Shown here in pieces: positions 24,707-32,000 of a stretch of 32,000 bases of DNA (the first letter of the stretch is position 1; each line of letters opens with the position of its first letter). Origin of the DNA: an uncultured Oscillospiraceae bacterium. GTDB lineage: Bacteria; Bacillota; Clostridia; Oscillospirales; Oscillospiraceae. The DNA lies in NCBI GenBank assembly GCA_949878425.1, contig CATLAL010000001.1:168706-200705 (forward strand). Direction: 5' to 3'. The notes below the pieces were generated by a model. It worked only from the letters and a program-made list of their open reading frames with translations. It was not told the DNA's origin and ran no database searches. Made by a program: the position numbers and the translations under genes.

Positions 24707-24897
24707 GGGCATACATTCTTTCCTTTGTAAACAAGGAAAAAGGGCAAAAAGAAACGCCTTTTCCGCGAAACGATCCTTTCGCTCTGCCTTTTTATCGTGA
24801 GAAGTCTGCGCTCCTTTTCTCATCCATCAGCAAAGCGGCAGCTTTGCGGACAAAGTTCTTTTTGATTCTTTTTCTTTCAAGAAAAAGAATGTGTGCC
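24707..24897. repeat. Inverted doublet of a ~70-nt two-hairpin module (REPIN/MITE-like) filling the intergenic region
   Basis: The right copy at 24830-24897 reads GCAAAGC-GGCA-GCTTTGC / ACAAAGTTCTTTTTG / ATTCTTTTTC-TTTCAA-GAAAAAGAAT / GTGTGCC. The left copy at 24707-24782 is the degenerate reverse complement, GGGCATACATTCTTTCC...GGAAAAAG..CAAAAAGAAAC..GCGAAA-CGATCC-TTTCGC. Confidence 0.7.
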
Positions 24898-25227
24898 TGA
24901 AAAGTAGTCCGCGATCTCATCCTTTTGGCACAGGGACACCCAGCGGTCCTCCTTGACCAGGAGCTTTGCGAGCTTTTTGCCCTCCTCGCTGAGGCCGCAG
25001 TCCACCAGAAGAATAAGGCCGAAGAGGCCCTGCTCATAGCGCAGCCGCTCCAAAGCGTGGACCTGCTGCTCCAGTGCATCCCCGTCTCCCTGGGCGGGAA
25101 TGAGGGCTACCACCCCCTGCCGCTGCTCCGGCTTTGCGTACAGCACCGCCTTCACCGCCGCCCACATGAGGGAGGCCAGACCAATGGCGGCCAGCAGAGC
25201 CACCAGTCCATCCTGCCATAGCTGCAT
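24877..25227 (-). CDS. Hypothetical membrane-anchored protein (116 aa)
   Basis: The SD GGAGG lies 6 nt upstream of the ATG at 25227. There is an N-terminal TM segment (GLVALLAAIGLASLMWAAV). The last ~7 codons are encoded by the repeat module. No family recognised. Confidence 0.55.
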   Translation of the reverse strand: MQLWQDGLVALLAAIGLASLMWAAVKAVLYAKPEQRQGVVALIPAQGDGDALEQQVHALERLRYEQGLFGLILLVDCGLSEEGKKLAKLLVKEDRWVSLCQKDEIADYFSGTHSFS

Positions 25228-25313
25228 AAGTTCCTCCAATCCGCCGCGATAGCGCGGCTTTTGCGTTCCTTATGTCAGCTTATGCGGCGTATGGACGGTT
25301 TGACAGGGGAAAT

Positions 25314-25760
25314 TCAGACGGCGGAGCGCACCATTTCAAGCTCGGCCAGATTGCCCGAAAGCCGCTTCTCTTCCCCGGTAAAGACGTACCCGCACCGCCG
25401 GTAGAGCGTCTGAGCGGCAAGATTATTGCTCAGCACCCAGAGCTGAGGCGTTCCGGTGCAGAGCCCCTCTGCAAAATGCAGCAGCTTTGTCCCGTATCCC
25501 CTGCGTTGCTCACCCGGCAGGACATAGAGGTTTCCGATCAGCCGTCCGCATACGGATACAACCCCTTTCGGATCGCCCAGCAAGAGCAGGTAGAAGCGCC
25601 GCCCCCGCTCCATCTCCCCGCGGATGTACACCATCTGTCGGGCCGTTGTATGGGCCGCCACGAATTCCGCAGAGCAGAACCCCTTGTGGGACTCCCTCCA
25701 GGATAGGGCGTGGACCCGGGCCGCGGCCTCCAGGTTTTCTTCCGTAACAAGCGCAAACAT
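25314..25760 (-). CDS. GNAT family N-acetyltransferase
   Basis: Contains the acetyl-CoA binding motif LYVLPGEQRRGYGTKLL. The SD AAGGGGGG lies upstream. Confidence 0.85.
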   Translation of the reverse strand: MFALVTEENLEAAARVHALSWRESHKGFCSAEFVAAHTTARQMVYIRGEMERGRRFYLLLLGDPKGVVSVCGRLIGNLYVLPGEQRRGYGTKLLHFAEGLCTGTPQLWVLSNNLAAQTLYRRCGYVFTGEEKRLSGNLAELEMVRSAV

Positions 25761-25775
25761 ACCCGTACGCCCCCC

Positions 25776-26261
25776 TTAGAACAGGCTGGCCACCCCGAAG
25801 GTGAGGATACTGATGGCCACCCCGGCGATGAGCACCCCCGCTATAATGGACGGCAGCGCCTTGCGCAGAGGCATGTCCAGAAACGCCGCAGCCAGGGAGC
25901 CTGTCCAGGCGCCGGTCCCAGGCAGGGGAATGGCCACGAATAGCAGCAGGCCTAAATATTTGTATTTCGTCACCTTCTGGCCCTTGAGGTGGGCCTTTCG
26001 CTCCAGCTTGTCCACCAGGTGGTTGAGCCGGGGGACCTTCCGGCGGATCCAGAGAAAGATCCGCCGGATGTAGACGATAATGAAGGGCACCGGGAGAATG
26101 TTGCCAATCACCGCCGCCAGAAACGCCGCCCATACCGGCAGCCCCCTGGCTACGCCAAAGGGTATCCCCCCCCGCAGCTCCACTACCGGAATCATGGACA
26201 CCAGCGCGGTGAAGCAGAACTCCCCCGCCGCCGTGCCCGTAAGCCACTGCATTAAATCCAT
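25776..26261 (-). CDS. COG2426-type putative small multidrug export membrane protein
   Basis: Contains ALVSMIPVVELRGGIPFG...ILPVPFI...IPLPGTGAWTGSLAA, characteristic of this family. The SD AGAGG lies upstream of the ATG at 26261. Confidence 0.8.
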   Translation of the reverse strand: MDLMQWLTGTAAGEFCFTALVSMIPVVELRGGIPFGVARGLPVWAAFLAAVIGNILPVPFIIVYIRRIFLWIRRKVPRLNHLVDKLERKAHLKGQKVTKYKYLGLLLFVAIPLPGTGAWTGSLAAAFLDMPLRKALPSIIAGVLIAGVAISILTFGVASLF

Positions 26262-26287
26262 GAAAAACCTCTTTTCTGCGCGTATGC

Positions 26288-26545
26288 GGGCATACATACT
26301 TTTTCTTTGTGAACAAACCGCTCGCCGCCCTTTGGGCGGCCTGGACCGCTAGTGCCCGCTTCGCGGTCACTGCAAGGAAAAAGTATCAAAAAGAAAAACC
26401 TTTTGCGGAAAAACTGCGTTTTGCCTTTTGGGTATATTGAAAATATTGAAATTGGCTCGTTACAAAATACAAGAGCAAAGCGATAGCTTTGCGATCAAAG
26501 TTCTTTTTTGATTCTTTTTTCTTTCAAGAAAAAAGAATGGATGCC
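26288..26545. repeat. Second inverted doublet of the two-hairpin module, with a nested GC-rich insertion in the left copy
   Basis: The right copy at 26475-26545 is about 90% identical by eye to 24830-24897. The left copy at 26288-26400 reads GGGCATACATACTTTTTC...[GC-rich hairpins]...GGAAAAAGTATCAAAAAGAAAAAC. Confidence 0.7.
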
Positions 26546-26570
26546 CTAACGCTCTAAATGCCCTAAATGC

Positions 26571-29399
26571 CTACCGGGCCAGAACCTTTTTGAGATATTT
26601 TCCCGTATAGCTGGCCTGGCAGGCGGCGACCTCCTCGGGGGTACCGGTACAGACGACGGTACCGCCGCCGTCGCCGCCCTCGGGGCCAAGGTCGACGATA
26701 TGGTCCGCGCACTTGATGACGTCCAGGTTGTGCTCGATCACCACCACGGTATTGCCGGCGTCCACAAGCCGCTGGAGGACCTCCAGCAGCTTGCCCACGT
26801 CGTCGGTATGGAGGCCGGTAGTGGGCTCGTCCAGGATATAGATGGTGCTGCCGGTACTGCGGCGGCTAAGCTCGGTGGCCAGCTTCACCCGCTGGGCCTC
26901 GCCGCCGGAGAGGGTGGTGGAGGCCTGGCCCACCTTGATATAGCCCAGTCCCACGTCGCACAGGGTCTCCATGCGGCTGCCGATCTTGGGCAGGGCCTTG
27001 AAGAACTCCTTGGCCTCCTCGGCGGTCATCTCCAGCACGTCGTAGATATTCTTCCCCTTATAGCGGACCTCCAGGGTCTCCCGGTTGTACCGCTTGCCCT
27101 TGCAGACCTCGCAGGGGACATAGATGTCCGGCAGGAAGTGCATCTCGATCTTCAGCAGGCCGTCCCCGGAGCAGGCCTCGCACCGGCCGCCCCGGACGTT
27201 GAAGCTGAACCGGCCGGAGTTGTAGCCCCTGGCCTTGGCCTCGGGCGTGGAGGCGAAGAGGTCCCGAATGTCGCTGAACACCCCGGTGTAGGTGGCGGGG
27301 TTGGACCGGGGGGTGCGGCCAATAGGGCTCTGGTCGATGCCCACCACCTTGTCCAAATACTCCTCCCCCTCCATGGCCCGGTGCTTCCCCGGGCGGCACT
27401 TCATCCGGTTCAGGTCCGCCCCCAGGCGCTTGAAGAGGATCTCGTTGACCAGGGAGCTCTTCCCGGACCCGGACACGCCGGTGACGCAGGTGAAGGTCCC
27501 CAGGGGGATGGAGACGTCGATATTTTTCAGGTTGTTCTCCGCCGCGCCCCGGATCACCAGGGCCTTTCCGCTGCCCTGCCGGCGCTCCCTGGGCACGGCG
27601 ATGGACCGCCGGCCGCTGAGGTACTGGCCCGTGAGGGAGGCGGGGTTGGCGGCCACCTCCTCCGGCGTACCGGCGGCGATGATCTGCCCGCCGTGGACGC
27701 CCGCGCCGGGGCCCACGTCGATGATATAGTCCGCAGAGCGCATGGTGTCCTCGTCGTGCTCCACCACGATGAGGGTGTTGCCCAGGTTCCGCAGCTGCCG
27801 CAGGGTCTCCAGCAGCTTGTCGTTATCCCGCTGGTGGAGGCCGATGGAGGGCTCGTCCAGGATGTAGAGCACCCCCATGAGGCTGGAGCCGATCTGGGTG
27901 GCCAGCCTTATGCGCTGGCTCTCGCCGCCGGAGAGGGTGGCAGCGGAGCGGCTGAGGGTCAGATACTCCAATCCCACGCTCCGCAAAAAGCCCAGCCGGG
28001 CCTTGATCTCCTTGAGGATCTGGTCCGCAATCATGGACTGGGTCCTGGTGAGGGTCAGCCCCTCCACGAATTCCAGGGCCTGGTTGACGGGCTTGGTGGT
28101 GAAGTCGTAGATGCTGCTGCCCCCCACGGTCACCGCCAGGCTCTCCATCTTCAGCCGCCTGCCCTTGCACACCGGGCAGGGGCACTCGCTCATGATCTCC
28201 TCCAGGTCCCGGCGGGAGGCGTCGGACTGGGTCTCGCTGTAGCGCCGCTGGAGGTTGTTGCAGATGCCCTCAAAGGGCTGCCGGAGCACGCCCTTGCCCC
28301 GGGGCTGGTCGTAGTGGAGCTCCAGCTCCTCCCCCTTGGTGCCGTAGAGGATGATCTCCCGCACCGCCGGCGTCAGCTCCCGCCAGGGGGTGGTCAGCTT
28401 GAAGCGGTACTTCTTGGCCAGGGCGTCGAAGTACATGCGGCTGATGCCGTCCCCCCGGATGTTCTGCCAGCCGCTGGCCTGGATGGCCCCGTCCAAAATG
28501 GACTTCTCCTGGTCCGGCACAATGAGGTCCGGGTCCGCCTTCAGCTGGCTGCCCAGGCCCGTGCAGGCGGGGCAGGCGCCGTAGGGGTTGTTGAAGGAGA
28601 ACATGCGGGGGGCCAGCTCCTCAATGCTGACGCCGCAGTCCTCGCAGGCGTAGTTCTGGGAGAAGAGCAGGTCCCGCTCCTCCTGGAGGACGTTGGCGAT
28701 CACCAGGCCCCCGGAGAGGCCCGAGGCGGTCTCCACGCTGTCGGTCATCCGCTGGCGCACGTCGGGCCGGACCACCAGCCGGTCCACCACGATCTCAATG
28801 TTGTGCTTCTTGTTCTTCTCCAGCTTGATCTCCTCGGTCAGCTCGTAGAGGGAGCCGTCCACCCGGGCCCGGACGTAGCCGGACCGGCGGGCGTCCTCAA
28901 AGACCTTCTGGTACTCCCCCTTCCGGGCGCGGACCACCGGGGCGAGAATCTGCACCCGGGTCCCCTCCGGCAGCTCCAGAATCTGGTCAATGATCTGGTC
29001 GATGGTCTGCTGGCGGATCTCCTTGCCGCAGACCGGGCAGTGGGGCGTGCCCACCCGGGCCCAGAGCAGGCGGAGGTAGTCGTAGATCTCCGTCACCGTG
29101 CCCACGGTGGACCGGGGGTTCTTGCTGGTGGTCTTCTGGTCAATGGAGATGGCCGGGGAGAGGCCGTCGATGTAGTCCACGTCCGGCTTCTCCATCTGGC
29201 CCAGAAACATCCGGGCGTAGGAGGAGAGGCTCTCCACGTACCGCCGCTGGCCCTCGGCGTAGATGGTGTCAAAGGCCAGAGAGCTCTTCCCCGACCCGGA
29301 GAGGCCTGTCACCACCACCAGCTTGTCCCGGGGGATCTCCACGTCCACGTTCTTCAGATTGTTTTCTCTCGCGCCCTTGATGTAGATTTTGTCCTGCAT
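26571..29399 (-). CDS. uvrA: Excinuclease ABC subunit A
   Basis: Contains [48 protein letters not shown], two ABC modules and zinc-finger CxxC pairs. The start is set at the ATG at 29399 (SD GAGG 8 nt upstream). Confidence 0.95.
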   Translation of the reverse strand: MQDKIYIKGARENNLKNVDVEIPRDKLVVVTGLSGSGKSSLAFDTIYAEGQRRYVESLSSYARMFLGQMEKPDVDYIDGLSPAISIDQKTTSKNPRSTVGTVTEIYDYLRLLWARVGTPHCPVCGKEIRQQTIDQIIDQILELPEGTRVQILAPVVRARKGEYQKVFEDARRSGYVRARVDGSLYELTEEIKLEKNKKHNIEIVVDRLVVRPDVRQRMTDSVETASGLSGGLVIANVLQEERDLLFSQNYACEDCGVSIEELAPRMFSFNNPYGACPACTGLGSQLKADPDLIVPDQEKSILDGAIQASGWQNIRGDGISRMYFDALAKKYRFKLTTPWRELTPAVREIILYGTKGEELELHYDQPRGKGVLRQPFEGICNNLQRRYSETQSDASRRDLEEIMSECPCPVCKGRRLKMESLAVTVGGSSIYDFTTKPVNQALEFVEGLTLTRTQSMIADQILKEIKARLGFLRSVGLEYLTLSRSAATLSGGESQRIRLATQIGSSLMGVLYILDEPSIGLHQRDNDKLLETLRQLRNLGNTLIVVEHDEDTMRSADYIIDVGPGAGVHGGQIIAAGTPEEVAANPASLTGQYLSGRRSIAVPRERRQGSGKALVIRGAAENNLKNIDVSIPLGTFTCVTGVSGSGKSSLVNEILFKRLGADLNRMKCRPGKHRAMEGEEYLDKVVGIDQSPIGRTPRSNPATYTGVFSDIRDLFASTPEAKARGYNSGRFSFNVRGGRCEACSGDGLLKIEMHFLPDIYVPCEVCKGKRYNRETLEVRYKGKNIYDVLEMTAEEAKEFFKALPKIGSRMETLCDVGLGYIKVGQASTTLSGGEAQRVKLATELSRRSTGSTIYILDEPTTGLHTDDVGKLLEVLQRLVDAGNTVVVIEHNLDVIKCADHIVDLGPEGGDGGGTVVCTGTPEEVAACQASYTGKYLKKVLAR

Positions 29400-29433
29400 A
29401 TCCATTTCCTCTGCTGTTTTTTCGCGTACATTT

Positions 29434-29505
29434 GGCATACAGTCTTTTTTCTTGAAAGAAAAAAGACTCAAAAAAAGAACTATTTGCCGCAAACCTGCGG
29501 TTTGC
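29434..29505 (-). repeat. Singleton copy of the two-hairpin module between the M28 peptidase gene and uvrA
   Basis: Read on the minus strand: GCAAACC-GCA-GGTTTGC / GGCAAATAGTTCTTTTTTTG / AGTCTTTTTTC-TTTCAA-GAAAAAAGACT / GTATGCC. It carries compensatory changes relative to the other copies. Confidence 0.65.
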
Positions 29506-29542
29506 TCCCGGATTTTTGGTGGGGATGATATGGCTATGGCTG

Positions 29543-30481
29543 TTACAGGGATTCCGCCAGCCGCACCGCCCCGTCCCGGAGCAGCGCGATGTTCTCCTCC
29601 TGGAAAACGGTGTCCTTTTTGGTATGGATCCGGTCCATATAGTAGCCGATGATCCGCCTTTCCTTCAGGGCGCAGACGCCCACGCCCCGCTTGAAGGACG
29701 CGTTGTCCGAGGGGTAGAAGCCAAAGCCCCGGACCACCTCCGTCCGCTTCTCCCCCCGGCCCCGGAAGGCCCTCTCAATCTTCGCCAGGGTCCCGCCGTC
29801 CTTTTTCAGCCGTGCGCCGGGGAAAAATTGGATGAAATCCCCGTCGGACACGCAGTCGAAGTTGATGTTCAGGGTCTCCCGTTTCGCCCTTTTGTGGGCC
29901 CTGGTGAAGGCGGCGGAGCCGAACATGCCCTTCTCCTCGTTGTCGAAGAACACGAGGCAGACCTTCTCCCGGTCCTCCTCCGGCAGGGCCAGGGCGGTCT
30001 CCAGGAGGGTAATGACGCCGCTGGTGTTGTCGTTGGCGGTGTGCCTATTGGCCGGGCCGTCGAGGATCCACCAGACGAAGAAGGCGCACAGGGCGATGGA
30101 AGTGACGGGCATCAGCAGCAGGAGCTTTGGTGCGTGCAGCTCCACGATCACGGCCAGGAGGACGCCCTCCAGGATTGCCACCGCCAGAAACAGCGGGATA
30201 ATCAGCAGCAGCTGGTAGCAGACATAGAAAAGCAGGTTCCTGGGGGTAATAAAATTGGGGACCGGCAGCGCGGCGCAGGTGTCGTAGTGGGCGGAGAAAA
30301 TCACCTTGGCCGCCTCCGGGTCCCCTGCCACTACGTTTTTCGCGGCGAAGCCCTTTTCTACCTTCGGCGCGTAGCCCGCCCGCTCCAGCTCCCCGCACAG
30401 CCAGGCGCGGAAGGCTTCCTTCTGTCTCCTGGATTTGCGGACCTGGAAGTCCGAGAGAACGGTATGGGATTGGGGCGTCAT
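29543..30481 (-). CDS. M28-family zinc metallopeptidase with an inserted hydrophobic (membrane) segment
   Basis: Candidate M28 ligand motifs occur in order: [20 protein letters not shown], and DRIHT. About 85 residues of largely hydrophobic sequence sit between the first two. The start overlaps the XRE gene stop (ATGA). Confidence 0.7.
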   Translation of the reverse strand: MTPQSHTVLSDFQVRKSRRQKEAFRAWLCGELERAGYAPKVEKGFAAKNVVAGDPEAAKVIFSAHYDTCAALPVPNFITPRNLLFYVCYQLLLIIPLFLAVAILEGVLLAVIVELHAPKLLLLMPVTSIALCAFFVWWILDGPANRHTANDNTSGVITLLETALALPEEDREKVCLVFFDNEEKGMFGSAAFTRAHKRAKRETLNINFDCVSDGDFIQFFPGARLKKDGGTLAKIERAFRGRGEKRTEVVRGFGFYPSDNASFKRGVGVCALKERRIIGYYMDRIHTKKDTVFQEENIALLRDGAVRLAESL

Positions 30482-30720
30482 AAGGGCCTCCTCTCATCGG
30501 AACGGCCCAGAAGGTAATCGGTGGTCACGCCGAAATAATCCGCCAGGGCCATCAAGGATGTGGCGGGGATATTGATCTGGCCGTATTCGATCTTTTGATA
30601 ATGATTGGGACTGCAATTTAAAAACTGCGCCATGTCAACCTGTTTTGCGTGCGTTTCTTTGCGCAGCAATTTTAGTCGAGCCGAAAAATTCTGCAATTGA
30701 TCTATTTTTTCGTTTTTCAT
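30478..30720 (-). CDS. XRE-family helix-turn-helix transcriptional regulator (80 aa)
   Basis: LKLLRKETHAKQVDMAQFLNCSPNHYQKIEYGQINIPATSLMALADYFGVTTDYLLG is a typical Cro/CI HTH. The SD AAGAGG lies upstream. Confidence 0.85.
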   Translation of the reverse strand: MKNEKIDQLQNFSARLKLLRKETHAKQVDMAQFLNCSPNHYQKIEYGQINIPATSLMALADYFGVTTDYLLGRSDERRPL

Positions 30721-30731
30721 ACGGCAGCCTC

Positions 30732-30786
30732 TTGACACATCGTAAAACGCGGTATATAATATACATTGTAAAACGCGGTGAGACAA
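30732..30786. promoter_or_regulatory. Overlapping divergent promoters with a 12-nt direct repeat (candidate operators)
   Basis: The plus-strand promoter is TTGACA (30732-37), 17 nt, TATAAT (30755-60). The minus-strand promoter is TTGTCT (30781-86), 17 nt, TATATT (30758-63). GTAAAACGCGGT occurs at 30742-30753 and 30768-30779, one copy in each spacer. Confidence 0.6.
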
Positions 30787-30798
30787 GGGGGATTTTCC

Positions 30799-31068
30799 AT
30801 GGATGACATCTATGAATGGCTCTTCGATCAATATGCCCTGCCGCAGATGCAGGACATCGCCGGAGGGCAGGACCAGGTTCTGGACCGGCTGGCCGGGGCG
30901 CTGCGCCTTTCCCGGAACGGGCGGCGCAGCTTGATGGACATCGCGGACAATATGCGCGTCCAATGGGGGACCGAGGCATTTGTTCTGGGGCTGCGGATGG
31001 GCCTGGGACTGTGCGGTCCCAGGCCGCGGGAGACGGACTGCGGGCGGCTGTCATACCTCTTTCCTTAG
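30799..31068 (+). CDS. Hypothetical small protein (89 aa), divergent from the XRE gene
   Basis: The SD AAGGGGG lies 7 nt upstream of the ATG at 30799, downstream of the consensus promoter. Its 3' end overlaps the uvrB 3' end by 18 nt. No family confidently recognised. Confidence 0.5.
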   Translation: MDDIYEWLFDQYALPQMQDIAGGQDQVLDRLAGALRLSRNGRRSLMDIADNMRVQWGTEAFVLGLRMGLGLCGPRPRETDCGRLSYLFP

Positions 31069-32000
31069 CTCGATGATCCGGTCTCTCAGCACGGCGGCGT
31101 ACTCGAACTCCAGCATCTTGGAGGCCTCCTTCATCTGCTTCTCCAGCTTGAGGATCTCCTCCTCCACCTCCCGCTTGGTCAGCTTCTTGCCGGACCTCTT
31201 CTGGGTCTCCGCCTCCGCCTTGCTCAGCTCCAGGATCTCCCGCACGGACTTGATCACCGTCTTGGGAACGATCCCGTGGGCCTTGTTAAACTCGTCCTGA
31301 AGCTTCCGCCGCCGCTCCGTCTCGTCCATGGCGGCGCGCATACTGCGGGTAATGGTATCCGCGTAGAGGATCACCAGGCCCTCCGCGTTTCGGGCCGCCC
31401 GGCCGATGGTCTGGATGAGGCTGGTCTCGCTGCGCAGGAACCCCTCCTTGTCCGCGTCCAGAATGGCCACCAGGCTCACCTCCGGCATGTCCAGGCCCTC
31501 CCGGAGGAGGTTGATGCCCACCAGCACGTCGAACTCCCCCAGCCGCAGATCCCGGATGAGCTCCATGCGCTCGATGGTCTCCACGTCGTGGTGCATGTAG
31601 CGGACCTTGATGCCCGCCTTGGTCAGATAGGCCGTCAGATCCTCCGCCATCTTCTTGGTCAGGGTGGTCACCAGCACCCGCTCGTTCCGTGCGGAGCGGG
31701 CGTTGATCTCCCCGATAAGGTCGTCGATCTGGCCCGTGACGGGCCGCACCTCCACCCTGGGGTCCAGCAGGCCCGTGGGCCGGATCACCTGCTCCACAAT
31801 CTGGTCCGCCTGGCCGCGCTCGTAGTCCGCCGGGGTGGCGGAGACGTACACCGCCTGGTGGAACCGGGTCTGGAACTCGTCAAACTTCAAGGGCCGGTTG
31901 TCAAAGGCGCAGGGGAGGCGGAAGCCGTAGCCCACCAGGCTCTCCTTCCGGGCCCGGTCGCCGTTGAACATGGCCCGCACCTGGGGCAGCGTCACGTGGC
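31051..32000 (-). CDS. uvrB: Excinuclease ABC subunit B, C-terminal part (the gene continues beyond the window)
   Basis: It contains helicase C-terminal motifs ([55 protein letters not shown]). The C-terminal UVR domain reads [18 protein letters not shown]. Confidence 0.95.
   Translation of the reverse strand, partial: HVTLPQVRAMFNGDRARKESLVGYGFRLPCAFDNRPLKFDEFQTRFHQAVYVSATPADYERGQADQIVEQVIRPTGLLDPRVEVRPVTGQIDDLIGEINARSARNERVLVTTLTKKMAEDLTAYLTKAGIKVRYMHHDVETIERMELIRDLRLGEFDVLVGINLLREGLDMPEVSLVAILDADKEGFLRSETSLIQTIGRAARNAEGLVILYADTITRSMRAAMDETERRRKLQDEFNKAHGIVPKTVIKSVREILELSKAEAETQKRSGKKLTKREVEEEILKLEKQMKEASKMLEFEYAAVLRDRIIELRKEV

Noticed and set aside
24707-24716. GGCATACAT at the module ends resembles the sigma-E type -10 consensus (CATACA-T) of sporulation promoters.
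   Set aside because: In every copy the motif points away from the adjacent gene, antisense to uvrA, recD2, the export gene and comM. No matching -35 lies at the right spacing. It is better explained as the terminal sequence of the repeat.
24848-24864. GAAC/GTTC-containing spacers of the repeat modules (CAAAGTTCTTTTTG), considered as LexA (Cheo) boxes upstream of uvrA and recD2.
   Set aside because: No copy has the GAAC-N4-GTTC dyad. Only a single half-site-like tetranucleotide is present.
26545-26570. Short tandem CTAAATGCC CTAAATGCC next to the uvrA stop, considered as a possible CRISPR or tandem array.
   Set aside because: There are only two 9-nt units with no spacers, far too short for a CRISPR array. 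It is probably local slippage at the edge of the repeat module.

Overview
GC-rich chromosomal segment, apparently from a spore-forming Clostridia-type Firmicute. The evidence is GGAGG-type ribosome binding sites (RBS), a T-box leader, spmA/spmB, a clostridial-type abrB and many 4-nt ATGA gene overlaps. The taxonomic call is inference only.

Most of the window is recognisable housekeeping:
- MATE efflux, rsmA/ksgA, glyQS with its T-box leader, and two tRNA-Leu genes
- abrB, spmAB, ispE, ackA, tmcAL, comM/yifB
- recD2-cls, uvrA and the 3' part of uvrB

The less ordinary parts are:
1. A lysis-like cluster at the left edge. It holds a Pro/Cys-rich protein translationally coupled to an Amidase_2 lysin, plus a convergent holin-like gene.
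2. A decayed locus where about 60 bp of an IS200-type tnpA 5' end abuts the 3' end of a collagen-like gene, next to a GT2/TPR glycosyltransferase.
3. A 3-gene module sitting between uvrB and uvrA. It has an XRE repressor overlapping an M28 peptidase with a membrane insertion, and a divergent small ORF driven from overlapping near-consensus promoters.
4. At least two families of dispersed structured repeats in the AT-richer intergenic regions. One is a roughly 70-nt two-hairpin module with compensatory base changes, found as inverted doublets (REPIN/MITE-like). The other is a roughly 155-160-nt element with 13-bp terminal inverted repeats.

I saw no rRNA genes and no CRISPR array. The many long antisense ORFs in the track look like GC-composition artefacts. 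I cannot demonstrate a novel system from sequence alone. The repeat families and the uvrB/uvrA-embedded XRE-peptidase module are my best candidates.
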